A stretch of 63,431 bases of DNA, the filler included, from Octopus bimaculoides (lineage: Eukaryota), in the NCBI RefSeq assembly GCF_001194135.2. It is 8 parts of 8 records of this genome, joined end to end, with 100 filler letters (N's around TTAATTAATTAA, not from the genome) between each part and the next. Parts side by side here need not be neighbours in the genome. Positions count along the whole stretch, not along the records: positions 3,785 to 19,010 come from NC_068990.1; positions 19,111 to 22,268 come from NC_068993.1; positions 22,369 to 35,726 come from NC_068985.1; 5 more parts are not named here. One strand, written 5' to 3'. The position numbers and the translations under genes are program-made. The notes under the pieces were generated by a model. The model did no database searches and was not told the origin of the DNA. It saw nothing but the letters and a program-made list of their open reading frames with translations. Positions within the stretch are counted from its first letter, which is position 1; each line of letters starts with the position of its first letter. Positions 12,912 to 27,388 of the stretch are shown here, in pieces.

Positions 12912-13905
12912 GTATATATATGTATATATACATATATATATACACACTCGCAAACACACACACACACACATCCGCGCATGCTCACACACATACACACACA
13001 CACACACAAAGCACACATACTCACAAAACTCACACACATACACATATACATAAATATACATACCTACATATACACATATGTACGTGTGTATGTGCGCATT
13101 TGTGTGTGCGTGCGCGTGTTTGTGTGCGTGTGTGTGTGTAGGGAGAGAGAGAGAAAGAGAGAGTAAATTCATTTTTGTTTTGCCATAACAAAATAATTTC
13201 CTTTGATTAATCTTTGGCTGATTTCCTGTGATTGCTTTTACAGATTTCAATAAACTTGATTCCTCATAGTTTTTTACCGTTTTACTTAACGAATTATGTC
13301 CGACAAATAAGAAGCAGTCATTAAATAAATGCCTGATATTATATCTCTCTTATAGGAGCGGAATGTGTCTTTGATATCTTTTTGTTTTGTATTTAAAATA
13401 CAATAGTTTGAAAGAGACTGCTCAGTTTCGATTTAAAGCCATACGTTTCTATAGCTACTTGGGATAGCGTTATGACGTCGGTACACACGTCTGGTGTAAA
13501 ATGGTATTACACAAATAAATAGTTGGTTGTGATTATCTAAATGCAACATACGCAGTACTTATTCTATCGGTCTATTTTGCCGAACCGCTAAGTTACGGGG
13601 ACATAAACACACCAGTATCGGTCATGAAGCGATTTTGGGAGGACAAACACAGACACACAAATATATACACATATATACATATATACATATATATACATAT
13701 ATACATATATACATATATATACATATATATGAAGGGCTTCTTTCAGTTTCCGTCTACCAAATCCACTCACAAGACTTTGGTCGTGCCGAGGTTATAGTAG
13801 AAGACACTTTCCGAAGTTGCCACCTAGTGGCACCTTGGAACGATGTGGTTGGTAAGCAAGCTACTTACCCCACAGCCACTCCTACGCCTATAGTAGAAGA
13901 GATTC

Positions 13906-13943
<38 letters not shown>

Positions 13944-13944
13944 G

Positions 13945-13981
<37 letters not shown>

Positions 13982-14270
13982 GTGCATGCGCTAGCGTTGC
14001 ACTCACAATGGTGAGATCAAGGTTTCAGTTCCTACACCGAGTGGTACGTTGTGTTCTTGAGCAAAGCACTTCATCTCACGTTGCTCTCCGATCGTTTATT
14101 CTCTTGACACGTGGTACAGCATGCACCTCTCCAGAATACGTCGATTTGATGGAGGGAGGGAGAGCTTAATATGCGACATATACATCTAATCTGCATAAAC
14201 AAATCATTTGTGCAGGTCGTTGGGCAAAACGCTGAAAACTCATACGTCGTATTCGACGGGTGTGGTCATC

Positions 14271-14273
<3 letters not shown>

Positions 14274-14357
<84 letters not shown>

Positions 14358-14775
14358 GTTATTATTATTATTATTATCATGCGTTTGCCTTTTGCTCTGT
14401 ATTTGTACAAATTAACTCCAAGTCTCACTCAGAGACCTCAAGAGACCTCAAGAGACAACAAGTTAAAAGTTCGTGTTGGTGCTATGCCTAGGGTGTCATA
14501 TATTTGGTTATGCACATAATACTGTTCTAGAGAATGTTTAAGAAACCATAAGAAAATTATGAGATTGTTTTAAAATTCGAGTTTACATAGACAGTATTTT
14601 ACGAAGGATATGGGCAGTTCCCATAGGCACTGTATTTTGAACTTCTGCTATTTTGGGGTTTCCTGATATCAGCCCCTTTTGCTATCATTCCTAGGAAACC
14701 TATGACAACAGGTATTATTTTATTATTACTATTTCTTTTAATTATATACCATCATAATCATCATCATCATCATCA

Positions 14776-14861
<86 letters not shown>

Positions 14862-14907
14862 TTTACTATTATTATTATTATAATCATCATCATCACCATT
14901 ATTATTA

Positions 14908-14962
<55 letters not shown>
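14274..14962. repeat. (ATT)n/(ATC)n microsatellite tracts
   Basis: Directly visible. Source of the poly-Y/I/N ORFs. Confidence 0.95.
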
Positions 14963-14963
<1 letters not shown>

Positions 14964-16466
14964 TCTGTACACTCAACAGATTAGACTGTTGGAAAGAACC
15001 AAGAACCCTAGCTGTCTCTAATAACACTCTTTTCTGCAGCTGTACTAAACTGGGTTTTAAGGAGGAGGAAGACAATGACGATGACAATGATGCTGACAAC
15101 GAGGATGACAACGGAGATGACAACTATAGCGATGATGATGAGGAGGATAATGATGACATCGACGAAGGCGATGACGATGAAAGCTATGACGATGAAGAGG
15201 AGGATGATAATGATGTAATAATAGTATGCTTGTTACCCACAAAGTCTAACATCTACAGAAATTTATGTTAAACTATGGAAGTTAAAACAAAAAATATATA
15301 CGTGAATATACAAGAGAAAGCTATAGAAATACCAGAAGAGGCAAGGAATTACTACAGTATTCCGTGCGACACAGAGAAATTAGATTTAACCATTATTACC
15401 AAAGAACATCGTACTTAAAAATTATCTAAAACTAAATGAATGGTAGTGATTTGATTACGTAGCTACACACGTTAGACAAATGTCAAAGCTGGTTCAGAAC
15501 TACACTCAACATATTTCTAATCTGTTTCTACCATTTGTTTTTGTCTGGTTTGTAGTTAATTATTCATTCTATAAATGCCTGTGAACGAATTTTGGGCAGC
15601 AGCCATGAAACGACGACGTCATGGCAATGATTCACAGAAAGTTTTTTGCAACATTATTCTTCGGTTGTCTCTCAATAGAATCCTGTTTTTTTTTTTTTAT
15701 AGATTTCACATAATCAAAGACCATTTCCTTGCCTATCTGCACTGTACATTTCACCCAAAAAATAGTAGCTGAGACGCTTTAGGCTTTCTATCGTTTGTCG
15801 CCCAAAGGACTGTGAATTTCAGCACGAAATTGACTAAGATAAGTTCCCCTTCACACATTTTACTTCCCTTTCTCTGGTCGTTCACCCCTTATATCAAAAC
15901 TTGGCACATATAAAGGGTCATGTTAAAAATCGCTCAAAGTTCTGTCAACTTATTCGTGCGATCTTCACCAAGTTCCTATCGTATGCTTGTTTTCTAACCC
16001 TCAACCTTTTCTCTTCTTTCTTGTTCAGCACTTTTATACATTTATTGATTTACAAACAGGAAAATCTGTCCCAATACAAATTCGTTACAATAATCTTCGC
16101 ATAAATAAGTTGATGTTTGTGGCATAAATTAACATTAAGTGTTGACAGAATGTTGAAATTTAGATTTTTAACATAGATCATTTTAAACATGTGAGTTTAG
16201 ATTAAAGCTTATTAAAACGCTGGAATATTGCAAAATGAATGAAATACAGAAGTGAAAATAGAACAACATTAATGTTATATCGTGTATTTCTTCGATATTT
16301 CGGTGTTAGATCCTCTTCATAAGGTCACGTAGAAAAACGAGAGATGATATGATGCTATTATCTTTGCTCAGATATTTGGCGGGAGGTTAGTGACAAGTAC
16401 AGACTGCTGCTTATATTGGTCGATTAAATAAGTACCAGTTACGCTCTAACCACTGATAATAATATT

Positions 16467-16528
<62 letters not shown>

Positions 16529-17463
16529 TAATCCTGTTTACTATAATCACAAAGTCTGAAAATGTGGGGAGCGGGATATCCACATATAAAATACCTAGTT
16601 TCGGGTCATGGAAGATAAGATGTCTTTTAAGTAATTCTCAATTAAAATTTACTTATAGACAATATAAACGAAAAAAGAAAGACGACTACCCACAGGTTGG
16701 AGATGTGCATATCACTCGTCTGGCCAAAAATGTCAATAAATATTCGTATATCTATTCATTAAACATTTCTTTTTTTTTTTTTTTCCTTCATACAAGGTTT
16801 CAGGCCATTGTAGTGTAAGGGAAGTACAAAAGAAAAGAAAAAAAAAGGCCTAGAAATTAAAAAAGTATCGATTGACAGAAAGTTTACAACGCTGAATATC
16901 ATAGTTTACGGGGCTGAATATTGTAGAGGACGAAGATAGTGAATTCTAGAATGCTGCAGTTTGGGAAAAGAAGCGATTAAAATAACAAGGTTTGTAACTA
17001 ACAGGAAGCACGAGGGAAAACTGTGTCCCTTGGACGGGAAGCGGCTTATATGTTCAAAGATTTCGACAGACAGTACTGGACCAGAAATGTCTTCAGAGCA
17101 ATGAGCATAAAAATACTTAGGGAAAACAAATAACGAACATACATTTCGACAGTATTTACAGAACCGGAGGATTTTTTCTCATTCTTTATTTGTGATGAAA
17201 TTCTTCTTTTTCTAAATATTGGCGTATGCTATATTCATCACTATAAAGTTAAAAATATAAAATTGATATTAATACTTAATGGCGTCTCAATTTTACAAGC
17301 GAAAATTTTAATATACAAAAATGTTTCTTGATTTATATATATCTTTTAAATATTTTTATTTACGTTAATGTATATTAGTTCAAAGACCGAAGTTCTCTGT
17401 CAGAGATGAAGGTTTGTTACCTCGTGTGTGTGTGTGCGTGTACATATATACATACATACATAC

Positions 17464-17543
<80 letters not shown>

Positions 17544-18301
17544 ATGTGTGTATATATGGATGAATAGATGGATGGATGTATATCAGTNNNNNNNNNNNNN
17601 NNNNNNNNNNNNNNNNNNNNNNNNNNNNNNNNNNNNNNNNNNNNNNNNNNNNNNNNNNNNNNNNNNNNNNNNNNNNNNNNNNNNNNNNNNNNNNNNNNNN
17701 NNNNNNNNNNNNNNNNNNNNNNNNNNNNNNNNNNNNNNNNNNNNNNNNNNNNNNNNNNNNNNNNNNNNNNNNNNNNNNNNNNNNNNNNNNNNNNNNNNNN
17801 NNNNNNNNNNNNNNNNNNNNNNNNNNNNNNNNNNNNNNNNNNNNNNNNNNNNNNNNNNNNNNNNNNNNNNNNNNNNNNNNNNNNNNNNNNNNNNNNNNNN
17901 NNNNNNNNNNNNNNNNNNNNNNNNNNNNNNNNNNNNNNNNNNNNNNNNNNNNNNNNNNNNNNNNNNNNNNNNNNNNNNNNNNNNNNNNNNNNNNNNNNNN
18001 NNNNNNNNNNNNNNNNNNNNNNNNNNNNNNNNNNNTATATATATATATATATATACATACATACATACATACATACATACGTACATACATACATACGTAT
18101 GTATGTATGTATGTATGTATATGTGTGCATCTATGCATGCATGTACACGCATACAAACATGTAGACAGAGATATACATACATTCGTAGACAGATTGAAAA
18201 AGAATTCAAATGAATTGCTTTAGCGCAGTGGTAGAACATCCGTTATGCTAACAGTGGAGTATGGATCGTGTCGCATGGCGAGACATTCCCCCAATAAATT
18301 G

Positions 18302-18830
18302 TCATTCGAAAATTGAATGACCCCAGAAGCCATTCGATAAAAGCTTAAGGGCATGAGTGATCTCAATCATAGGGACCGCCTTAAAGCATTGAAAATCTAC
18401 TCTCTCCAGCGCCACCGTGAGCGATATATCATTTGCATGATATGGTGAATATACCACCAGCATTGCCCAAACGACTTCAACATTAGCTTCAAAATTCATC
18501 GAAGGCGAGGACCAGGGACCATACGTCCCCTAACTAATTCAGGATCACAACGTATAAATACACTGCAATACAGTTTCTTTTCCTCAGCAGGCCCTGCCCT
18601 ATTTAACATTATGCCGAAGCAGATCAAAGAGGAAAAGAATCCCATCACCTTTAAACGGAATCTGGACAAATTTCTTCAATGAATACCAGATAAGCAACCT
18701 ATACCTGGACACAACTCACTCAAAAAGAACTCACTACTCGAATGGACCATGATACAACAAAACGGGACTTGAAAAGTATTTAGCTAATCCTATCAGGTGG
18801 TGCCATGAAGTTAGATATAGCCTGAACCAA
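18302..18830 (+). mobile_element. CR1-clade LINE ORF2 3' relic
   Basis: GMSDLNHRDRLKALKIYSLQRHRERYIICMIW...SFFSSAGPALFNIMP...FKRNLDKFLQ*IPD, typical of the CR1/L2-group C-terminus. Confidence 0.7.
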
Positions 18831-18967
18831 TCTTTCGTCGAGACATATCTATGTTATCTAAGTTATATATACATATATACATATAGATAGGCATGTACAT
18901 ATATATGTATGAATATGCATATAGATGCGTTTGTATATATATATATATATGTATATACAAATGGACA

Positions 18968-19010
<43 letters not shown>

Positions 19011-22000
19011 NNNNNNNNNNNNNNNNNNNNNNNNNNNNNNNNNNNNNNNNNNNNTTAATTAATTAANNNNNNNNNNNNNNNNNNNNNNNNNNNNNNNNNN
19101 NNNNNNNNNNATATATATATATATACACATATATACGTGTATGTATATATATATATATATATCTATATACATATATACGTGTATGTATATATATATATAT
19201 ACATATATATATACATATATACATATATATATATACATATGCATAAATATATTCAGAGAGAAAAGGGGAAGAGATAGGAGATAGATAGATAGATGGTTAG
19301 ATAGAAATAGAGAGAAAGAAAGAGAGAGAGAGAGGGAGAGAGATAGAAAGGAAGAGAGAGAGAGGTGGGAGAGAGACTGTGGTACAGCAGTACAGTTCCA
19401 TGTTTTGATGCCTGGTCCTGTTATTAATAACAGATGAGAAAACTAACAAAGCTAAAGGCCCCAAAATAGGAAGTTTGTGTTATGTGTGTGTGTGTGAGTG
19501 TGTCAGTGTATATGAGTGTATGTATGTGTATGGGAATGAGTGTATGTCTGTGTGTGAGTGTGTTTGTTACTGTATGTGTGTGTGAATGCGTGAGTGTGTA
19601 TGTGTAAAACAGTAGGTGCGCGTGTGTGTGTGATTGTGTATGTGTGTGTATGTATGTGCATGGGTGTGTTTGCGTGTGTATTATGTGTCTATGTGTATTT
19701 TTGATTGTGTGTGTGTTTGTGTGTATGTGTGCGTATGTCTATGTTATGTGTCTGTATTTGTAATTGTAGGTATGTGTGTGTGAGTGTGTATATATATATA
19801 TATGTGTTTTTTATATGTATGTGTGTGTATGTGTGTTTGTGTACGTATGTGTGTGTTATGTGTCTATGTGTATTTGTAATTGTAGGTGTGTGTGTGAGTT
19901 TGTATATATATATATGTTTATATATATATGTGTGTGTGTGTATGTGTGTGTTTGTGTGTGTATGTGTGTCATGTGTCTATGTGTATTTGTANNNNNNNNN
20001 NNNNNNNNNNNNNNNNNNNNNNNNNNNNNNNNNNNNNNNNNNNNNNNNNNNNNNNNNNNNNNNNNNNNNNNNNNNNNNNNNNNNNNNNNNNNNNNNNNNN
20101 NNNNNNNNNNNNNNNNNNNNNNNNNNNNNNNNNNNNNNNNNNNNNNNNNNNNNNNNNNNNNNNNNNNNNNNNNNNNNNNNNNNNNNNNNNNNNNNNNNNN
20201 NNNNNNNNNNNNNNNNNNNNNNNNNNNNNNNNNNNNNNNNNNNNNNNNNNNNNNNNNNNNNNNNNNNNNNNNNNNNNNNNNNNNNNNNNNNNNNNNNNNN
20301 NNNNNNNNNNNNNNNNNNNNNNNNNNNNNNNNNNNNNNNNNNNNNNNNNNNNNNNNNNNNNNNNNNNNNNNNNNNNNNNNNNNNNNNNNNNNNNNNNNNN
20401 NNNNNNNNNNNNNNNNNNNNNNNNNNNNNNNNNNNNNNNNNNNNNNNNNNNNNNNNNNNNNNNNNNNNNNNNNNNNNNNNNNNNNNNNNNNNNNNNNNNN
20501 NNNNNNNNNNNNNNNNNNNNNNNNNNNNNNNNNNNNNNNNNNNNNNNNNNNNNNNNNNNNNNNNNNNNNNNNNNNNNNNNNNNNNNCTAATCGACTGCTC
20601 CCCCCACCCCGGTCGATTTAATCGACTGCCCCCACTCTTCCCTAAAAGTTTCGGACCTTGTGCCTAGAGTAGAAAAGAATATTGATATACATAATTAAAG
20701 GCGACGAGCTGGTAGAAACGTTAGCACGCCGGGCGAAATGCTTAGCGGTATTTCGTCTGTCTTTATGTTCTGAGTTCAAATTCCGCCGAGGTCGAATTTG
20801 CCTTTCATTCTTTCGCGGTCGATAAATTAAGTACCAGATGCGTACTGAGGTCGATCTAATCGACTGCTCCCCCCACCCCGGTCGATTTAATCGACTGCCC
20901 CCACTCTTCCCTAAAAGTTTCGGACCTTGTGCCTAGAGTAGAAAAGAATATTGATATACATAATTAAAGGCGACGAGCTGGTAGAATCGTTTGCACGTCG
21001 GGGAAAATGCTTAGCGGCAATTCGTTCGTGTTTATGTTCTGAGTTCAAATTTCGCCGAGGTTGGACTTTACCTTTCATCCTTTCGGAGTCGATAACATAA
21101 GTACCAGCCGAAGGTTTGTGTAATCGACTTAACCCCCTTCACCGAAATTACTGTCCTCGTACCAATATATATGTGAAAGTGCATGGCTCAGTGGTTAGAT
21201 CATCGGCTTCATAATCATGAGGTAGTGAGTTCGATTCCAGGTCCGAGCTGTGCGTTTTGCTCTTGAGCAAGACACTTTATTTCGCATTGCTGCAGCTCAC
21301 ACAGCTGTAGAAAAGAGTTGCGAGGTCACTGCTGCCAAGCTATATCGGCCTTTGCCTTTCCCTGAATTAAGGTAGTAGCATAACAATGTATAAGAAATAA
21401 TGTTTGTAAATACACCAGAAGATGATTAGTCATATTTGATTCACTGTAAAACAAATTGTATTAAGAAAAACGAACGTGAGAATATGTCTCACATTCAACT
21501 ATTCAGTTATCATACGCAGAACAATTATTTATATACAAAACAACTATTTCACGTCTTGGGTATCACATGTGAAAATCACAAAGCAGTAAGAGAAGTAGCT
21601 ATTTTTGAAATTTTAATGTTGACGAGTCATTGAATATTTTTTGCAATATACGACCACTTTTCAGAGCATGGCGTATTCATTATGTAGGAAATAAACTATT
21701 GCTAGATATATCGCCTGAAGTACGTGAAAATGTTAAAATAGGTTACAAAAAATTATTATATGATATAATCCTCTATACATTTTAATTGTCCGTTCAAATG
21801 TTACGAGGATTTTTCCTCAACTAAATATTTCCCCGATGACTATTGATATCATAAGATCGCTATCGGAGTAGCATTAGTAAGCTACGGTGGCACTAAAAAC
21901 TTGGATGCTTCCATAAATAAGACAAACAGAAAAAAAAAAAAACCGCCCGATACAAACACGCAAAACTTTTGTTTACGTAATTTTCAAGACCCTAATACCT

Positions 22001-22186
22001 GCATTCTGAGCAAATTGTGTCGTTACAAAATATTAGCTTATCGAACATGTGTACATTTGTGTGTGTGTTTTTTGTGAGTGTATGCGTGTGTGTGTCCGTG
22101 TGTGGTGTGTGTGTGTATGTTTGTGTGTGTGTGTTGGCTTTTTACACTGATACACATAGCGAGAGAATAGGTTTTATAGGACTCAC

Positions 22187-22227
22187 TGAAAATTCCGCCC
22201 TAGAAAACTCCTCATTTCTGAATATAT
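22187..22227 (-). CDS. Candidate internal exon (minus-strand gene)
   Basis: Acceptor tttaatttccag and donor TCA|GTGAGT both match consensus well. 41 nt, reads (N)IFRNEEFSRAEFS in phase 1 to 0. Confidence 0.35.
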
Positions 22228-22940
22228 CTGGAAATTAAAGGGTTATAATATTAACACTGATAAAATCGNNNNNNNNNNNNNNNNNNNNNNNNNNNNNNNN
22301 NNNNNNNNNNNNTTAATTAATTAANNNNNNNNNNNNNNNNNNNNNNNNNNNNNNNNNNNNNNNNNNNNAAATTTAATAACAATTCGAGATGTCAGTTTGG
22401 ATTCTGTCATTGTTTTCGAAAGCATCTCTTTCTCTCTCGCTTTTCTCATCGGCATACGTATCAACATGTCTGTAAATATACACATTAGAATTGTATACCA
22501 TAATAGTAAAACTGTTTCTAGTCTACTAGGAGTAACCGGACTATCCAGACTAATTAGAAACCTGGAGGTCAGACTTAAATTCATTGATATGTCCTATAGA
22601 AAAACATATGTGTACGCATACATACAGACACACAGACACACACACACACACACACACAACTATACACACGAGCACAAATACAGCACATGCACAAATACAG
22701 CACATGCACACATACCTACACATATATATCAATATACTGTATTTTATTTTAAACTGTATACATCATTATTTTTACTATTACGTTCAGTAAAACCACCTTC
22801 TATCCCGTGAATAAACATTCGATTACTTTATCAAAAATATCTCACCCTATATTTTACAAACCAGTCAACCCATCACTTTTGTATAGGAAATACCGAGAGA
22901 AAATACAGCTCTCTTTTACATCCCTTTCTGTAAACTCAAA

Positions 22941-22982
<42 letters not shown>

Positions 22983-25079
22983 TATGTATATATATAATTT
23001 GACATACTCGAGAATAATTGAATACTTTAATTTCGAATATATTTAGCGCCGTTTTATTTCCACAATATATAAAAATAATTCTTTCTACTGGAGGCACAAG
23101 GACTCATATTTTGGTGGGAGGGCACTAGTCGATTAAATCGACCCCTGTGTTTCACTGGTACTTAATTTATCGACGCCGAAAGGATGAAAGACAAAATCGA
23201 CCTCAGCGGAATTTGAATTCAGAACGTTTTGGCAAACGAAATGTCGATAAGTTTTTCGCCCGGTGTGCTAACAATTCTGCCACCTCGCCGCCTACCATAC
23301 ATAAAAAAAATGAAAAGTAACTGAATACCAGAAATATACAGGCTGCTTAAACATCACAGGTTATTGGTTTCAAGTTTTGGCACAAGACCTTCAATTTTGA
23401 GGGAGGGTTAAAATTGATTTCATTGCCTGCAAGACTCAACGGGTATTTACTTTACAACCGGGAAAGGAAGGAAGACAAAGCTGATCCCGGTGGTATTCGA
23501 ACTTAAAAAGTGAAACTGAAAGATATGCCGCTAAGCATTTTTTTCATGCGTTCACGACTGTGCCAGGTCGCTCCTTTAAAAAAATTACCGCGAGTCATTC
23601 TATAGGAGGTTTTAACGACTCGGTCAGTTTGACAACTCATCGTCACAGCGTATTAAAATTTATTTTAGTGATGTTTGAATAAAAATAATATATAGGAAAG
23701 AAACTGAACTCTAAACTTGGCGGGATTAATGAAATGGTTAAGACTTTACTAATTTACAAGTTCTTGTTGTGCCTATGATTGGAACTTTAGGAAGATTGTT
23801 ATGCCAGCATAAACACACTGATTGTAGTCCACTACGATTTTCAATTTACAATAATACTAAGGCGATGTGTTGGCAGAATCGGTAGCGCGCTTGGGGAAAA
23901 ATGTTTAGCAATATTTTGCTTGTCTTTACACACTGAGTTCAAACTCCACAGATGTCAACTTTGCCTTTCGTCCTTTCGTAGTCAATAAATTAAGTACCAG
24001 TTGAGAGCACTTGTCGTCTATCTCAAAATTTCACTTCTTGTGCCAAAATTTGAAACCAATATATAAGAATAAAATATCATTAACGGTGGTGCCACAGCTT
24101 TGAGCTGAAATTGATAAAAATTTTCTCGGTCTTGTTTTCGCGATAATTATGATTTCACGGTCAATTTGTGGATAATTCTTTGCTGATAATCTTTCTACGT
24201 GCCTGTGGCAAGTGATTATACAGATTAATAAATTTAATAAAAAAAAAAAATACAATGAATTCCAGGCAACTGATTATAAATATTAATAAACAACAAAATT
24301 ATTAATAAGCAACAACATTTTATCCGAAGCGAATAAAATATTAAATCATTTATTAACGAAGATCAATACCAAACAAATATTTTGCTCCGAATTTCTAATA
24401 CTTTAGCGAATTATTTAAGTGTATACACGTCTATCTCTGGTCATGTTTCCTAAATATAAGACTTTTTCTCTGAATCATTGAGACCCTTTATGAGAAGAGA
24501 TAAATGATTACTCTATTCTATTTCTTTCTTTTTGTTTTGAATTTTTTCTTTTGGTTAGAAAACAAATTTAAATTGTTTGTTATATTCCATGATTCTTTCT
24601 ATGATTCATGACGCTTTTTGTGACTCATCTTATCACCCTTTTGAAATATTGACTTCATTTCTAGATCTGTTTCTTCTCTCTGGACTAGAGAGTTTAATTA
24701 ATGGTGGATAATTATGTTGAGAAGCAAAGATGTCACAGAGCAGCGTCCACCTCAATCCTAGCATCAGACAATCGTTGTGATATCTGAAGGTACTGGTGTG
24801 CTTTCAGCTTCGGACTTCGGAGTCACATGCGCTATTATCGCAGTGAACACAGACTTTGTCATCCGAGGAAGTACCAACTATATAATTGTGTAGGCAAAAA
24901 ATCGTATAATTTTTACAGTACATTTACAAATCATATCTGTAGGTACAGAATACTTATTGATGATATGTTGATATATTCGTATCACAATTAAATGAATATA
25001 ATGGAGTTTCATCATTAGTCCATTAAAGCTCAATTCAAATATCTCGTCTGTAAGATTCATTTTTCATGTAATAGTTGTC

Positions 25080-26040
25080 CTTGAACCAATCTTGACTGCA
25101 ATACTAAAGACACAACTTCAACACTTGTTTTACTATACATCCATATAAATTCTTTTTTCCTTTTATGTTATTTATAAGTGTTCATCTTTCTTGTACTTAC
25201 TCAGTTGTCACGTAAAAAGGCTGTATCAATTACCATCCCGTGTTTTATCTTTTTGTTGACAATAAAGATATCTGACATTTTCAGTTCCATTATATGGTGG
25301 CTTTGGATGCTTAAGTCCTACAGCCGCTTAATGTTCCCATTTCTTTTCAAAGTATTAAGTTTATGTTCATTCTGTTCCATATATTGCCTCTATCCAAATT
25401 CTATTTTCTATAGAGTATCAAATGAACAATGCTCGAAATATTGTCTTGTCTCAATTTCTATTATCTTTGTCCGAAATTTACTGCATTTCCTCACTATATG
25501 GCTGATGCAGTCAATTCTGGTTTTTGTTTTTTGCCCTAAATTCTCTATATCAGCAATTCAAAGTTTCCATTGCCAAACGTCATTCCAATTCCCACTTCTC
25601 TTTTCAACGCACAGCCACCGACATCATATCATAAACCATATTTTCTATGATTCCATTAACGTGTACACACACGACTTCGAAATGTTTGCGTGTGTAATTT
25701 CCCCATTGAAATTTTCTACAAATACATTGAAGAAATTAATGTATCTTTAGTTGCAACCCTTCGATTTGAAATTACTGCTACTCCTCACCAACGTATATCA
25801 TAACCCCCATTTTTTCCCCGGTACTTCCCTGCCCGCACCTCCCAAATCCTTTTAACAATGGATGCTAAATCCCTCTCCTCAGTCATCGTACACAACGACT
25901 TGTTCCTTGCAATTAGATACTCCCTGGACCGTGTAGCGTTGCCATCTCTCTGATTAACAACAAACTCAATCACTTCATCACAATTGTGAATTCATTTCAT
26001 CTTACCATAGTCCTGGAGAGATGACGTAGGAATTGTTTTA
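25080..26040 (-). mobile_element. Highly degraded LINE APE-endonuclease relic (RTE-like)
   Basis: Weak motifs: GVAVI, ENFNG (GDFNG-like), RIDCISHIVRK (QIDYILVRK-like). Confidence 0.35.
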
Positions 26041-27292
26041 AGATATCGGAAAGATGAGAGGAAATAATTTCTGGGGATTTTGTTTTGCACCGAGTTATCT
26101 AATTGTATTTTCTATATTTATCGTGTACAAACCATCTAAGTCCCAGTTCTAACCTACTAATACCAAATTTTCAATCTACTCATCACAAATACATCATTCA
26201 TTGATTTTCGGATTATAGCACCATTGTTACCTAAAACATTACGTTTATTTTGTACAAATATGGTTTCGCGTGCCTTTCTAATATATACTCACTCCCTTAT
26301 CAAATTTATTGAAACTAAATGATATAATCAATGATTAGGCCTCACAGAGTGTTTCTCAGAAATACATACATAGGGTTTCATATATAAACGTACTCTTCAA
26401 CTAAATTTGACCATTATTACATGAACTAAATTCTACGTGCGGGAATATTTACACAACAATTTTAGAGCTTTTCTGTTTCTTACCGGTATTCGTTAGTGAA
26501 CAAATTGTAATCTACTTTATCCTTTATAAAATATATTTATGCCTAAATCTGTATTCTTCTCTTATGATTTCATTCTTATTCTGCTCACTAAATATATCTT
26601 TAGCAGTCTATGGAAATGGCGTCGTGCTATAAAAAGTACCTGTTTTATACTAGAAACGATGAAATCGATTAGCTCCCTCCCCTAAATTTCTGGTCCTGTG
26701 CCTATAATAGAATATTTGTACCCTGTAAGGCGGCGAGCTGGCAGAAACGTTAGCACGCCGGGCGAAGTGCCTAGCGGTATTTCGTCTATATTTACGTTCT
26801 GAGTTCAAATTCCGCCGAGGTCGACTTTGCCTTTCATCCTTCCAGGGTCGATTAATTAAGTACCAGTTACGCACTGGTGTCGATGTAATCGACTTAATCA
26901 ATTTGTCTGTCCTTGTTTGTCCCCTCTATGTTTAGCCCCTTGTGGGCAATAAAAAATAAGAAACGTTAGCATGCTGGGCGAAATGCATAGCAGTATTTCG
27001 TCTGACTTTACGTTCTGAGTTCAAATTCGTGCTTGCAGAATTGTTAGCACGACAGACAAAATGCTTCCTCCGTCTTCAGCTTTTGAGTTCAAATTCTGCC
27101 GAGGTCAACTTTGCCTCTCACCCTTTCGGGGACGATGAAATAAGTACCAGTTAAGTGCTGGGGTCGATGTCAGCGACCAACCGCCGAGGTTAACTTAATA
27201 TGGAATACGACTCCAGTCTGGACTCAACCCAAGCTGATTTTTTATGTAGGATAAGTGCCAGATTATTAAGCCTGCTCATATATTTAAATCAC

Positions 27293-27388
27293 TTGACACG
27301 CTTCGAGAGCCGGGCAGATAAGCGAAATAAATCTTGTCTTCAATTTGACTGGGACTAATTTTGAAATATTCCTTCGAACGGAATCGAT
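27293..27388 (-). CDS. Candidate internal exon (minus-strand gene)
   Basis: Strong acceptor tttttttcttttactattgctgttcag, phase 1, reads (D)RFRSKEYFKISPSQIEDKIYFAYLPGSRSVS. The donor is weak (CAA|GTGATT). Confidence 0.3.

Noticed and set aside
15057-15230. Acidic D/E-rich stretch (also 6190-6260) as the PDI acidic tail or another exon
   Set aside because: Degenerate (GAT/GAC)n microsatellite, upstream of PDI, with no KDEL-like end or splice support.
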